NCBI GenBank assembly: GCA_951406725.2
Contig: OX597823.1
Span: 77,190,001 to 77,254,000, forward strand
Length of the DNA: 64,000 bases
Reading direction: 5' to 3'
Source of the DNA: Octopus vulgaris
Lineage: Eukaryota
The notes under the pieces were generated by a model. It was given only the letters and a program-made list of their open reading frames with translations, was not told the origin of the DNA and searched no databases. This document shows, one piece after another, positions 1 to 14,729 of this stretch (its first letter is position 1; each line of letters starts with the position of its first letter). Both the position numbers and the translations under genes were made by a program.

Positions 1-243
1 GTTATGTGATGGTATATTGCTAATGCAAAATACCATATTCTGATCACCGATTTGTTAAAAAGGATGTATCTAAAGTTCTGACTGTGTTAGATCCTAAAAC
101 ATGAAGCTTCAGTGACTAAAGGCAGAAGTACCAGTTTCACACCATACAACAAAGAAACAGGTCTCCTAGATCAGATTTATGAAGTTCTTTTGCATTTAGT
201 TTGTCTTTTTACATATCTACAAACACACAAGACTACCCTCAAC

Positions 244-650
244 TCTTTTAATCTTTTACTTGTTTCAGTCATTTGAATGTGGCCATGCTGGAGCACTGCC
301 TCTAGTCGAGCAAATCGACCCCAGGACTTACTCTTCATAAGCCTAGTACTTATTCTATCAGTCTCTTTTGCTGAACCTCTAAGTTACGGGGACGTAAACA
401 CACCACCATCGGTTGTCAAGCAATGGTGGGAGGACAAACACAGATACATAAACATATACACACACACACACACATATATATATGCATATATACGATGGGC
501 TTCTTTCAGTTTCCGTCCACCAAATCCACTCACAAGGCTTTGGTCAGCCCGAGATTATAGTAGAAAACACTTGCCCAAGGTGTCACGCAGTGGGACTGAA
601 CCCGAAACCATGTGGTTGGTAAGCAAACCACAGAGCCACTGCTATGCCTA
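244..650 (-). mobile_element. tRNA-derived SINE, family A (Octopus-type, CORE-like body), near full length
   Basis: Minus strand gives a tRNA-like head (B-box-like GGTTCAGTCCC), CCTTGGGCAAGTG body, internal (TA/TG)n and AAGTAAAAGA tail; matches >10 other copies in the window. Confidence 0.85.
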
Positions 651-1324
651 TACCACACAGCCGATAATATTTGTTCAGTATGTTGTCTTTAATATATCTT
701 TGAAAGAAAATATGTAGCAGTAATGTGCTCGACAACGATGACTTCCACTGAATAGAATTGTGAGGGTTGCTACTAATGAAACACCATCATCATCATCATC
801 ATCATCATTATCATCATCCAGTGTTTTAAATCCTGGTTTTGTCCCCGTTAACGGGGTTGGTTGGATCTACCTCAATGCCATAGCAACTGAGGCAGGTAGG
901 TGCAGCCCACCCCAGCCCTTGGGCTGGCTGGTGCCCATTCTCCCTTGCTTTCATGAGGCTTTGATAGGATAAAAGGTAGTAGCAGCTGTATTTATGAGAA
1001 ATGACCCCGGTTTCCCTTGTTGATTGCACTTTCCATTAGGTGACCCCTGAAAGATAAAATGCAACCTGGAACTTCACATAATTCGAACTTGTGCTGTGAG
1101 TTCTAATCCAGCCAAGACCAACATAACCTTCATACTTCTGGGGTCAGTAAAATCAAGATAGTGTACCTGTCTCATACTAGGGATGATTTATCTAACCCTT
1201 CCCCTGAATTTGTGACCTTGATCCTATGTAATAGAAATCTTTATTTACTAGGAAGCAAATGACAATTACAACGACTATGAAGATACTATTAAATTTGTTT
1301 CCTTTTATTTTTTATAAAAATCTC

Positions 1325-1860
1325 TTTCTTGTTTCAGTTATTCGATTGCAGCCATACTGGAGCACTGCCTGGAAGAATTCTTAATTAAATGTATTGGTCC
1401 CAATACTTATTTTTAAAAGCTGATACTTATTCTATCAGTCTCTTTTTACCAAATCACTAAGTTACAGGAATGTTAACAGCCCATCACCAATTCTAGTGGT
1501 TGGTAGAGGTGGGGGAGACAAGCACAGACATACACACACAGATACATACACACACACACACACACATACATATTTATATAGTGGAGGCACATGGCCTAGT
1601 GGTTCAAGCAGCAGGCTCACAGTCGATATGTGAGTTTATGAGCAAAACATCTAAGCTCCTTGCGGATCCAGCAGAAAGATAATGGGGAACTTCTCCTGAC
1701 TCTTTCACCACAACTTTCTCTCACTCTTTCCTCCTGCATCAAACAGCTCACCTGTGATGGACCAGCAACCCATCCAGGTGGGGGACCTATAAACCAATGA
1801 AACTGGGAAACCAGCCCTTATAAGCCAGTCATGGCTCAAGAAGGAACAAACAACACACAC

Positions 1861-1905
<45 letters not shown>

Positions 1906-2034
1906 GATGGGCTTCTTTTCAGTTTCCATTTAGCATATCTACTCACAAGATTTTGGCTGACCTGGAGCTATAGTAGAAACACTTACACAAGCCACCATGA
2001 AGTGGAACTGAACCCTGAACCATGTGGTTGGGAA
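1325..2034 (-). mobile_element. Decayed family A SINE split by insertion of another SINE at ~1580-1853
   Basis: 1325-1560 and 1904-2034 match the two halves of family A either side of the insert. Confidence 0.65.
1580..1853 (+). mobile_element. tRNA-derived SINE (family C head, alternative tail)
   Basis: Head GTGGAGGCACATGGCCTAGTGGTT and body CTCTTTCACCACAACTTTCTCTCACTCTTTC are shared with 9598-9985 and 29580-29887. Confidence 0.7.
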
Positions 2035-3308
2035 AATTAGTTTTATACATTTAAACAGAAGGACCCTCAGACATTTTGGAAGTTTTCTTAAAGAATCAGA
2101 ACTTGAAGATAAGATGATAACTTTCTCTACTGCATTGTGTGGTGGCCGTGAACCAGTAATTTCTTGTGTGGGCTTATAGATGTGTTGAAGCTTTCTATCT
2201 TGGAAAAATATCTTGTTTTCAATTGGAAAATGATGAAGAGATACATAATCAGGGATTCCTTACTGATATAATAAATATCTCATGAACTCTGAACTTGGCA
2301 CCCTAGAGAAACTATAAGAATGCTTCTGATGTCCATCAGACAATTTTCAACTTTCAAAATAAAGTATAGTCTTTTTTCAAAGAGAAATATTGTCAAGAAA
2401 CTTCAATCACTTTCCCAATCTCGGTAAGAGAATAAATACATTACCTGATATTTGAATAAAAGATCACAGACAAGAAGAACACAGAAATAAATTACAAGGA
2501 CTGTTTGATATTTTCCTAGTTAGGTCTGATAGCTTGCAAAAGACGAAGCCCTCCTTCATCTTTCTTGTAAATCCAATTATAGTTGATATGGTTAATGTCG
2601 GTAACCTGATACTTAACTCTTTGGTTACAGATTCATTCTTCTACTGTGGAAAATGAAATTAATGGAATTACAGGAAGAACTAGATCTAATGCTGATCTAC
2701 AAATCCCAGTCCAGTCTGCAATTAAGTTCTAGAAACAAGTTCCACTAATAAGATATCTGAAAGCTAATGTGTGACTTATTATTGCAATTTTCAGCACAAT
2801 ATACCTGTAATTAGTGAAGTCAAAGCATCAAGCAGTCCTTAAATAAACACTCAACAGAGTTAAGTCATTCAGTCTTGACAACATATCAATCAGATTTTAA
2901 TGACTTACAGTCAAGATAAACACCCTCACACACACACACACACAACCTCTACCAGCTGTAAATAATAGCTTTAAAAGCCTGTTAATTATAGCCTTGTCTG
3001 TTTGTCTTAGAAAGACGATAAAACTGTAATTTTGTAAGGTGGCGTCTGATTAAAAACATTTCCAATTGTATTGGTTTGCTTTTCTTTTTTTACATATTTT
3101 CTTCCACACTCTGGCCGGATATTAACTGAGGCAAATATAATTTTAAGTATCTATTTTTTTTTTGTTTACTTAGTGCAGGCATGGGTGTGAGTTTAAGAAT
3201 ATTGCTTCCCTACCATGTGATTTCAGGTTCAATACTGTGGCAGCTTGGACAAGCATCTTTTACTGTAATTTTAAGCCTAGAAACTCAAATTCTTTTAAAG
3301 TATATATA

Positions 3309-3598
3309 CTAGCTGGCCCTGTGCCATCAAAAATGATGGCTGATTGTAGTATTTGTTACTGAAAGGACAGTGGTTCACACACACAAACATTCACATACTT
3401 TCCTTATACATGCACACACATACACACATCTACTCACACAGAGTTGAAACACTGTTTGATTTTTTCACCATAGAATTTCCATCATCCCACTGCCAAGTTT
3501 GCCATCACCCCTACCTTATTCATCTGTATCTGTTGCCCCTTCCTTTCTCATCTACAGGTTTTGATGGGGAAAGCACTAGATTATTTATATATATATAT
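3309..3598 (-). mobile_element. Possible non-autonomous Helitron-like element
   Basis: Left end ACTAG with a nearby hairpin (gccatc-aaaaat-gatggc), right end in (TA)n; weaker than the other Helitrons. Confidence 0.35.
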
Positions 3599-3599
3599 A

Positions 3600-3945
3600 T
3601 CATCATCATCATCATCGTTTAGCGTCCGTTTTCCATGCTAGCATGGGTTGGACGGTTCAACCGGGGTCTGGGAATCCAAGAGGTTGCACCAGGCTCCAGT
3701 CTGATTTGGCAGTGTTTCTACAGCTGGATGCCCTTCCTAACACCAACCACTCCGTGAGTGTAGTGGGTGCTTTTTATGTGCCACCGGCACAGGGGCCAGA
3801 GGTGGCTGGCAATGGCCATGATTGGTTGGTGCTTTTTATGTGCCACTGGCACAGATGCCAGTCAAGATGGCAATGGCATCGGCCATGTTTGAATGGTGCT
3901 TTTTACATGCCACCGGCAAGGGTATTGCAACTACAATTTCCATTT
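3600..3945 (-). mobile_element. RTE LINE 3' tail copy (family B)
   Basis: Matches 9115-9577: (TGA)n tail, GGAAGGGCATCCAGCTGTAGAAAC, ~60-bp GTGCCGGTGGCAC units. Confidence 0.85.
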
Positions 3946-3958
3946 GATTTATATACAT

Positions 3959-4005
<47 letters not shown>

Positions 4006-4211
4006 CTCTCTCTCTTTCGGAGAGGCACTGAGCAGCTATACGCACACATACACACACGGCAGTAACTTCCACCTACCGAATTCAATCACAAAGCTTTGGT
4101 CGGCTTGGGGCTATAGTGGAAGACACCTACCCAAAGTGCCACGCAGTGGGACTGAATCCGAAACTATGTAGCTAGGAAGCAAGCTCCCTAACCACACAGC
4201 CATGCCCGTGC

Positions 4212-4349
<138 letters not shown>

Positions 4350-5114
4350 GATAATAAAATTAATAATTATATAGCTATATATGCATACATATAGTTACGT
4401 ATGCATGTATGGATTTGTGTGTGTGTGTGTGTTAGTGACTCCTTGTATTGATCACTCATGTTAATAACAAATGAATATCACCATAATATAAATTTTCATG
4501 TCTGGCCATGTAAAAATATCAAGTTACTTGGAAACAGGTGAGGAATGGTTACAGGAAGGGCATCCGACAGTAAAAAATCTCCCTCAATAAATTCATCCAA
4601 CCCAAACATGTATGTAAAGAGGGGACTTTAAAAATTATGATAATCTTTTATATTGTTTATGTTTTACCTTTTCACAACTATCAGAGTGCGAAGTGCTCCT
4701 CATGAACACACATTTGTGATACTCAGAACCAGCAAGTATTGTAATCTCTGAGTCACAACCAGTACATGATCTGGGGAATCTATGTCAGTAATGATATATC
4801 GTTTTATATGCCTATTGTGAAATTGACATTGAGGTGCAGGCAACTGGCTGGCTTTGTTCTGAGATTATTCAGAACAAGAAAAATGGAAAACAAGTTGGCT
4901 TTACTGAGAATATTTGCCTGAAGAACTATTGTTCTAAATTATTGTTGCCAAATAGTGTTAAAATAACAGTGAAGCTCAAAGCAAAAGAATAGAGATTACT
5001 TCAGTGTAACAAGGATTAAAAAACTAAAAGTTTACTCCCTAGAATGAAGATATGACAGATTTGTAAGAAAGAGAGAGAGTGTGTGTATGTGTGTGTGTGA
5101 GAGAGAGAGAGAGA

Positions 5115-5490
5115 GATTCTGGAAATGCTAGTGCCTAACTTTCGGATTGAAAGCAAAACTATACCAGCCCGCCAAACTGGACACCACCATATAGTTCCAA
5201 TGGTCCTACCTACTCTATTTACAATACTGTAAGGTTACAATACTGTAAGAATTTAGTCTTCAGAAACCCACAAATTTTCAATAGTTTGCAGTGAAACCTT
5301 AAAGATCTGCAAAACTGATAAATTTTTATCTAAAATATCAAATGAATCCATGTCATGGCAGAAAACCAATTGAGGGCAAATATGTCCAACTCTTTCATTC
5401 ACTGAAGCTAAACATGAAAAGAGGGTTGTGTAAATGTAATCACACCCATGGGGAGTTCCTCAACTCCAAGCTGGAACAAATACAAAGTAA
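5115..5490 (+). mobile_element. Old CR1/L2-group LINE 3' fragment
   Basis: Decayed ILE.LVPNFGIES...YC...PQIFNSL-like C-terminal RT-ORF remnant with stops and frameshifts. Confidence 0.45.
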
Positions 5491-6601
5491 CAGGCAAAAA
5501 AATAAAAAATACAGATAATTTGTGATTAGTGAAACTAATACAAATTAGTTTAAAAAATAAGTTATTTACACGAAGAATTTTATTGCATAAATGTACTTCT
5601 TGTCATTTATCTAAAATTTTTGTAACAAATTCAGTAATAATAATAAAAATGATTATGTAAGTTTTGTTCATGTCTTGCAGCTTTCTAATGTCTGAAGTTT
5701 ATCATATGGCCTCCCTTGGCATATATACTGTTTCAGATAACTGATATTAACTGGAAAAGAAGACCAATTTTCTTTAAAAATTATAATTATTCAACAAAAC
5801 TAGACAAACTCATAATAAACATACAGAAAATAAAAGAAAGAATAATACGACGTTTTAATAGATTTTTATATGAAATTACATTGAAATAAAACAGTCTTAA
5901 ATATTTTACAATATAAAGAAATACAACAGAAATTCCCCTGTGAAAAGAAATAATTGAGATTTTAAAGATGTTGTATCAACTAATTCATCTAGTTAAAGAG
6001 ATAGTGATGATGTAGTTAGACAAACTTCATTCATGAATATTAAGTATATTATTTAGTTGTAGTAATTGTAGTCATATAGTTAGTCAATCTTTATTCATAA
6101 AATTTATCTTTTTTCCAGAGTTTACTACATTATTTAGTTCTGAATGAAGTTGTCATCTAGTTTATCTTCATTCATTAATATTCAGTATATTGTAGCAGAT
6201 TTGAAACTGAATCCTGAAGTAGCTGAGCAAACATCACCATCAAACCACATAATTGATCATATTAAGCACCCAATCAACATGAAGCCATCACATAATTTGA
6301 TTTTCTAGAACTTTCTCATTGTCCCTAATATGGGTAGTTTTTGGTAGTAATCACAGAATGAGGCAGCTACTCAACATCTCCATTCTCATCACCACATCCA
6401 GCTGATAACAAATAGAAGATAGGAGTTTTCATCATAACAAATATAGCGCAATTATTTTCTAGTTGTTATGGGCCAGCCACAGATGGCTATATCAGTTAAC
6501 TTATTGTAGATCTCAGCAGTATGTCTCTTCCTGTGTGTAATTGTCACTTAGTATTTGTTAAAAGACCTACATAGAAATAATACTATCAGTAGTAATAAAA
6601 T

Positions 6602-6817
6602 CTTACTCTTTACTCTTTTACTTGTTTCAGTCATTTGACTGCGACCATGCTGGAGCACCACCTTTAGTCGAGCAAATCGACAACAGGACTTATTCTTTGT
6701 AAGCCTAGTACTTATTCTATCGGTCACTTTTACTGAACCGCTAAGTTACAGGGGACGTAAATACACCAAACATCAGTTCTCAAGTGATATTGGGGGAACA
6801 GACACACAAACATATAC

Positions 6818-6872
<55 letters not shown>

Positions 6873-7068
6873 TGATGGGCTTCTTTCAGTTTCCGTCTAC
6901 CAAATCCACTAACAAGGCTTTGGTCAACTCAAAGCTATAGTAGAAGACACTTGCCCAAGGTGCCACACAGTGGGACTGAACCCAGGACCATGTGGTTGAT
7001 AAGCAAGCTACTTACTATACAGCCACTCCTGCGCCTATACTTACCACACAGCCACTCCTGTGCCTATT
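6602..7068 (-). mobile_element. Family A SINE, full length, with duplicated 5' end
   Basis: Full match to family A; the ~30-bp head segment (cacagccactcctg.gcctat) occurs twice. Confidence 0.9.
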
Positions 7069-7431
7069 AATTGTTTGTGAGTGTTGTTAGTTACTTTTCA
7101 CAGAGCCCCAGGAAATATATTTTCATTCACCAGCAACAACAACAGTAGCTGTCAGAACTACCACCATGACAACCAGTCCCTTGCTACAATATTATATGAG
7201 GGACACACATATGCACACACACATAATATGAATGCATTTTCCTTTTGGAACTCTGCAAGGTTGCTCAATACATGAGCAGGAGCAAAACTGAGTACAGTTG
7301 ACATCAAAAGAGTAATATATATATTTTGGTTTAATTTCTATACACCTCAAATTGTTTTCTTCATTCACTTACTCAGCATTGATTAAGTTACACATGCATA
7401 CATGCATATACGCGTATAAACACTCATTCAC

Positions 7432-8959
<1,528 letters not shown>

Positions 8960-9134
8960 TGAAGCCATAATCCGTGGCCCCTACCTGGGACGTAGTCAGT
9001 CCACCTGTGCATACCTCCCTTCTTGTGACACTTGTGAAGACCTGTTGAGGCAAGTGAGAATCGAATCGTATCGAATCAAATCGAACCAAATCAAAATAGA
9101 TGAACATCAATGGAATTTGTATCCTTGTGGTACC

Positions 9135-9416
9135 AGTGCCGGTGGCACATAAGAAAACCATCCGAACGTGACCGTAGCCAGTACCGCAATGACTGGCCTC
9201 CGTGCTGAGGGCACGTAACAAACACCATCCGAGCGTGGCCGTCCGCCAGCCTCGTCTGGCACCTGTGTCGGTGACACATAAGAAAACACCATCCGAGCGT
9301 GGCCGTCTGCCAGCCTCGTCTGGCACCTGTGTCGGTGGCACATAAAAAACACCATCCGAGCGTGGCCGTCTGCCAGCCTCGTCTGGCACCTGTGTCGGTG
9401 GCACATAAAATCACCC
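9135..9416 (+). repeat. ~63-bp tandem units in the RTE 3'UTR
   Basis: Recurrent GTG(C/T)CGGTGGCACATAAAAAACACCATCCGAGCGTGGCC, 4-5 units. Confidence 0.9.
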
Positions 9417-9597
9417 ACTACACTCTCGGAGTGGTTGGCGTTAGGAAGGGCATCCAGCTGTAGAAACACTGCCACATCTGACTGGCCTGGTGCAGCCTTC
9501 GGGCTTCCCAGACCCCAGTTGAACCGTCCAACCCATGCTAGCATGGAAAGCGGACGTTAAACGATGATGATGATGATATATATATATATATATTTAT

Positions 9598-9985
9598 GGA
9601 TGGAAGCACTCCGTCGGTTACGACGATGAGGGTTCCGGTTGATCCGAATCAACGGAACAGCCTGCTCGTGAAATTAACGTGTAAGTGGCTGAGCACTCCA
9701 CAGACACGTGCACCCTTAACGTAGTTCTCGGGGATATTCAGCGTGACACAGAGAGTGACAAGGCCGGCCCCTTGAAATACAGGTACAACAGAAACAGGAA
9801 GTAAGAGTGAGAGAAAGTTGTGGTGAAAGAGTACAGCAGGGATCACCACCATCCCCTGCCGGAGCCACGTGGAGCTTTTAGGTGTTTTCGCTCAACAAAC
9901 ACTCACAACGCCTGGTCTGGGAATCGAAACCGCGATCCTATGACCGCGAGTCCGCTGCCCTAACCACTGGGCCATTGCGCCTCCA
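9598..9985 (-). mobile_element. tRNA(Arg)-like SINE, family C, full length and young
   Basis: Head GGAGGCGCAATGGCCCAGTGGTTAGGGCAGCGGACTCGCGGTC...GGTTTCGATTCCC with A/B boxes and TCG anticodon-like loop; CpGs intact; (TCCA)n tail. Confidence 0.85.
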
Positions 9986-10008
9986 ATATATATTTATATA
10001 TATGTATA

Positions 10009-10498
10009 TACATTATTTACATTATTTACAATTGACAGATATTTGTCCTCATCCTGTTTGTTGTTAACACAATGTTTCGGCTGATATATCCTCCAGACTT
10101 CATTATTATTATTATTATTCGGGTCACTGCCTGGAATCAAACTCAGAATCTTGGGGTTAGTAGCCCACACTCTCAACCACTACTCCATATGCCCATGAGC
10201 ATAGTGCTTAAGAGTGCGGGCTAATAACCCCAAGATTCCGAGTTTGATTCAAGGCAGTGACCTGAATAATAATAAAAATAATAATAATAATAATGATAAT
10301 AATAATACCAATTACATCAAAAAATATCATAAGAATGAGAATCCAGGTTTGAAATTTCCCCAAGACACCTGATAAAGGCTGGAGGGTATATCAGCCAAAA
10401 TGTTGTGTTAACAACAAACAAGATGAGGACAAATATCCATCAATTATAAGTAATGTAAATAATGTACATAATTCCTCATCTCTTAAATATAGAACTGT
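10009..10498. mobile_element. Palindromic element: two divergent tRNA-like heads, each followed by (AAT)n and a hammerhead-like motif
   Basis: 10009-10194 is the reverse complement of parts of 10200-10466; A/B-box-like heads at the centre; hammerhead remnants at 10066-10105 (-) and 10364-10409 (+). Confidence 0.75.
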
Positions 10499-10511
10499 AT
10501 GTATATACATG

Positions 10512-10603
<92 letters not shown>

Positions 10604-10647
10604 TACATATATATATATATATATATTTATACATACATATATATATA

Positions 10648-10711
<64 letters not shown>

Positions 10712-11344
10712 TGTATGTATGTTTGCATGCATGCATATTTTCAGGTGTTGGGTATGCAATCAGAAGACCATAGATTTGATTTCTGGGTTCAATGCCATGG
10801 AGTGAGACATGAGTTCACTGAAAATGAGTAAATTGTTATAAAATAATTATGAGTGATGGAAGCAGTATTAATAACAAAAAGGTAATCTGTATATTCACCT
10901 TAATGTGGACATATTGATAAAGTGCTAAATAAGGTTATATTCATCCTGGGAACTCCTCTCATATAGACACATAGTGCATAAAAGCACAGGCATATCACGA
11001 CAGATGAGAATCGTCTGGCACGAGTGTTAGAATTGCCAGATCACATGATTTCAGTATACTGCACTTTCTCAGTGACAGACAAAACTGAATATTTCTGGGC
11101 ATTTAGTCAAACAACTTGACTGCCATCTTTCAAACAGGTTATTATCTATGGTCCAAGTGTTACATTACATTCCAGTCAATTTGTCATCTATTTCTAATTT
11201 ATTCTCTTAGTTAAACCCCAGGCCAACTCTGACTGAACAAATTTATGACCAAAGACATCGTAGTTATGATCATCTCATCTTTTTATTACAGTTAATGTTT
11301 CTAATACTACAATATTCAATATAGCTTGACTATTTTAAATAGAG

Positions 11345-11762
11345 TAAGACAGACTGCAGGGAAATTTGACTGCTTTTTTAAAAACAGTTTGAAGGGAAAT
11401 TTGACTGCTTTTTAAAGACTGATTGTAAGGATATTTGACTGCTTTTGTAAAGAAAGAATGCAGGGAAATTTGACTGCTTTTGTAAAGAAAGAATGCAGGG
11501 AAATTTGACTGCATTTTTAAAGACAGTTTGAAGGGAAATTTGACTGCTTTTTTAAAGATAGTTTGAAGGGAAATTTGACTACTTTTTTTAAAGACAGACT
11601 GTAGGAAATTTGACTGCTTTTTTAAAGACAGACTGCAGGGAAATTTGACTCCTGTTTTAAAGACAGACTGCAGGGTAATTTGACTAGTTTTTTAAAGACA
11701 GACTGCAGGGAAATTTGACTGCTTTTTACAGACATATTGAAGGGAAATTTGACTGCTTTTTT
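11345..11762. repeat. ~35-bp minisatellite, ~12 copies
   Basis: Unit AAAGACAGACTGCAGGGAAATTTGACTGCTTTTT; TTTGACT recurs every ~35 bp. Confidence 0.93.
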
Positions 11763-13519
11763 GATAGACTGTGTAAGCACCAAAGCACTCCACAATTGGC
11801 TCCTACATTTCTGAGTTAGCAGTTGGGTAAATTCATTTTTACTTATGGCAATATAAAGTTCTTGTGAACAAAAATAAAACTTTATCTATTTCATGAAACA
11901 AAGTTGGTTGCTAGTTGTTATACTGGCTTTTGAAACTGCTGTTATTTTTGTTGTTGTCTTCATTGTTTGCTGTTTCACTTTATCAATTATCATTGCTATT
12001 GTTGTGGTTGTTATTGTAACTGATATTCAATGTAAGGTTACAGAGTTATGGCAGTTCTTATCAGCTTCCAGCATTTTGAGCGTCATAGAGTCCGTTGATC
12101 TTTTCAAAACAAAAATCTAACGCAACTGATTTAACTTTTACATTGGTTTTCTTGTAAATATTTTATGAAATGCGATTGTGAATAATACCCATATCAAATA
12201 CTTCATGTCTTTTAAAGAGAGATATCTATTAAACTAATCAATGGTTATTCTACAGCTAAGAGATCTTTTTTTTAACCTTTAAGTATTCACAATACTAATA
12301 GCATTATGATATGTTGATAAACCCACACACATACACACATATTTACTCACATTTATATAGATTTATATACAAATAATGAAATGATGCTACTAAGAAAACA
12401 GTGAATTCCTAAGTAATTTAGTGGGAATTACATTCTACAAAAGATAGAGTGTGAATAGAGGAGACTATAGTTATGCAAAAAAGAAAAAAACATTGTCTTT
12501 ATAAGGAAACATATTTAAGTGGCTGAAAGCTAATGAGTTATAATTACATACCAGTTATTCAGATGTTTAAATAGTTAAAAATTATTCTAAACTATAGTGA
12601 TACACAAAAAACGATTATACATATCATACATAAATAAGAAAATATCATCATTATCATTCTCATTATCATCATTATCATCATTATCATTATTACCATCATT
12701 ATCACTTCCATTATTATCATATTTTAACGTCCATCTTTCATGCTGGCATGGGTTAGTTGGTTTAAGAGGATGTCACAAGTTCCAGGACTGCATGCATGCA
12801 AATGTTTGCTTTGGCTGGATATTCTTCATAATGCTAACCTCTTTAAAGAATGTAGTGGGTGCATTTTTATTCGTGGCACCAGCAGCACTTGTGGAACTAC
12901 TACGCAGCTTGCATGATTAAGATTTCTTTTGACTGAAGAGAGCTACAGTAGAGAAGAAAGCAGCTTTATGTTCGGAGATGAGAGGATAAAGTATGAGAAA
13001 AGAAGCTAAGATCAAACAGGGTTCTTGCTGTAGAGGATATATTTGGTTACTCGCATAAAGAAGTGAGTGTATTAAAAGTCTGCAGATAATCTGCTATGCT
13101 CATGGTAACCAGAATAGTAACAGAGTAATAAACCTACATATTTCGTTTTTGGATTTGGTTTGCAAGATTCTTTATGTGAGTTTGTGTGTTGAAGCATATT
13201 CTGTTGTGTCTAGGGAGAGTCATTCTCTTTTGGTGCTTTATAATTTAACACACTCACCGGTAAAATTTCCACTTATTTCTTTTTTATTTTTCTAAAATTT
13301 TCCTTGCGGCTTGCAACCTTTACAATAAAATCAAAACTATTGAAAACGTTGTAAGAAGCAACAATATTGACAACCTTTTCTACACATTTAATAAAAGGAT
13401 GTATACAAAACAAAACTCAGCAATACCATACATGTCAGACTCTTCAATAGCACCATACTATTTGTGCCTCCTTACATGCAAGTGGGATGTGGGCTACTAC
13501 AAAGACGATAGAACATCAA

Positions 13520-13830
13520 TTAGCTATGAAGCAAAGGGTCATGGAAATATCCATGCTAGGAATATCATTATGGGAGTATATTCCAAATGAGATAAATCAA
13601 GAACAGAGTAAAGTGATTGGTGTGACCATGGAATATTAAAAGTATAGGTTCCACTGAGCTGGGTTGTCACAAAATTCACAGACAACAGACAGACCTGTGC
13701 AGTTGCTGAGTGGTATCAAAAAGATCAGAAAAGGCCACTTGGTAAAGGCCTCCATGATGATGGAAAGACCATTTAGTTAAGCAACTTGGAAAAGAATGAT
13801 GCAATCAAGGCAGAATTGGAAGTGCATTGT
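13520..13830 (+). mobile_element. Old RTE-type LINE C-terminal fragment (different family)
   Basis: Decayed QR.ME.SMLGISL...FTDNR.T.AVAEWY.KD.KRPLG-like translation. Confidence 0.55.
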
Positions 13831-14317
13831 GACCAGTGATATATAACAGCATATGATGGTTTAGATGATGCTATACTACAGTTGTATAATAAAATCCAGT
13901 TTTGGTGAGTTTGGATTTGGTTGCAAATTACTTTGGATATGTGAGTGAGTGTTTATACATCTATGCATGTGTTTATGAATGTATGCATGAGTAACTTAAT
14001 CAATGCTGAGTAACAGAATGAACAATTTGAGGTATATAGATATTAAAGCAAAATATATATATATTACTCTTTTGATGTCAACTCTACTCAGTTTTGGCAC
14101 TGCTCATATATTGAGCAACCGTGCAGAGTTCCAGAACGAAAATGCATTCATATTATGTGTGTGCATGTGAGTGTGCACACATGTGTGTCTCTGTGTGTAT
14201 GTACATACATATATAAAAAATGCATACATAAATACATGCATGCATACATGCATATATACATATACATATACATATTCATATATATATATATACATAATAC
14301 ATATATATATATATATG

Positions 14318-14660
14318 TGGTGACCACCTTCGGTCAGACACTGACCATGGGTTTGCACCTAGAGAGTTACCCTCTGAGGCACAAGTCTGGGCAAGGTTGT
14401 TTTATGGAAGACCAGCAGTCGCCCATGCATACCGGCCTCCCCTCTCCACGTCACCGATGCTGTCCAAGGGAAAACACAGGGGCCGATACAGCTTGGCACC
14501 TGTGACGTCACAACTCATTTCTACAGCTGAGTGTACTGGAGCAACGTGAAATAAAGTGTCTTGCTCGAGAACACAACACACAGCCCGGTCCGGGATTCAA
14601 GCTCACAACCTCACGATCGTAAGCTCGACGCTCTAACCATTGAGCCATGCGCCTTCACGT
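14318..14660 (-). mobile_element. tRNA-derived SINE, family D
   Basis: Head GAAGGCGCATGGCTCAATGGTTAGAGCGTCG...GAATCCC, CORE-like GAGCAAGACACTTTATTTCAC; copies at 26270-26602 and 35043-35197. Confidence 0.85.
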
Positions 14661-14693
14661 GTGTGTATATATATACACACACACATATATATA

Positions 14694-14729
<36 letters not shown>

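Noticed and set aside
2100-2900. Possible ancient LINE endonuclease remnant on the minus strand
   Set aside because: Only a faint LDLVL-like trace; too decayed to call
9135-9416. CRISPR-like repeat/spacer appearance
   Set aside because: The 'spacers' are homologous to each other, the array is inside a eukaryotic LINE UTR, and there are no cas genes
9905-9985. Functional tRNA gene at SINE heads (also 14585-14660, 35043-35110, 54446-54520)
   Set aside because: No proper acceptor stem, and each runs directly into a SINE body
11345-11762. 35-bp periodic array as a CRISPR
   Set aside because: Contiguous minisatellite without unique spacers
11893-12120. Hydrophobic 75-aa ORF or possible terminal exon
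   Set aside because: GTT-rich low complexity, with no recognisable domain or convincing splice context
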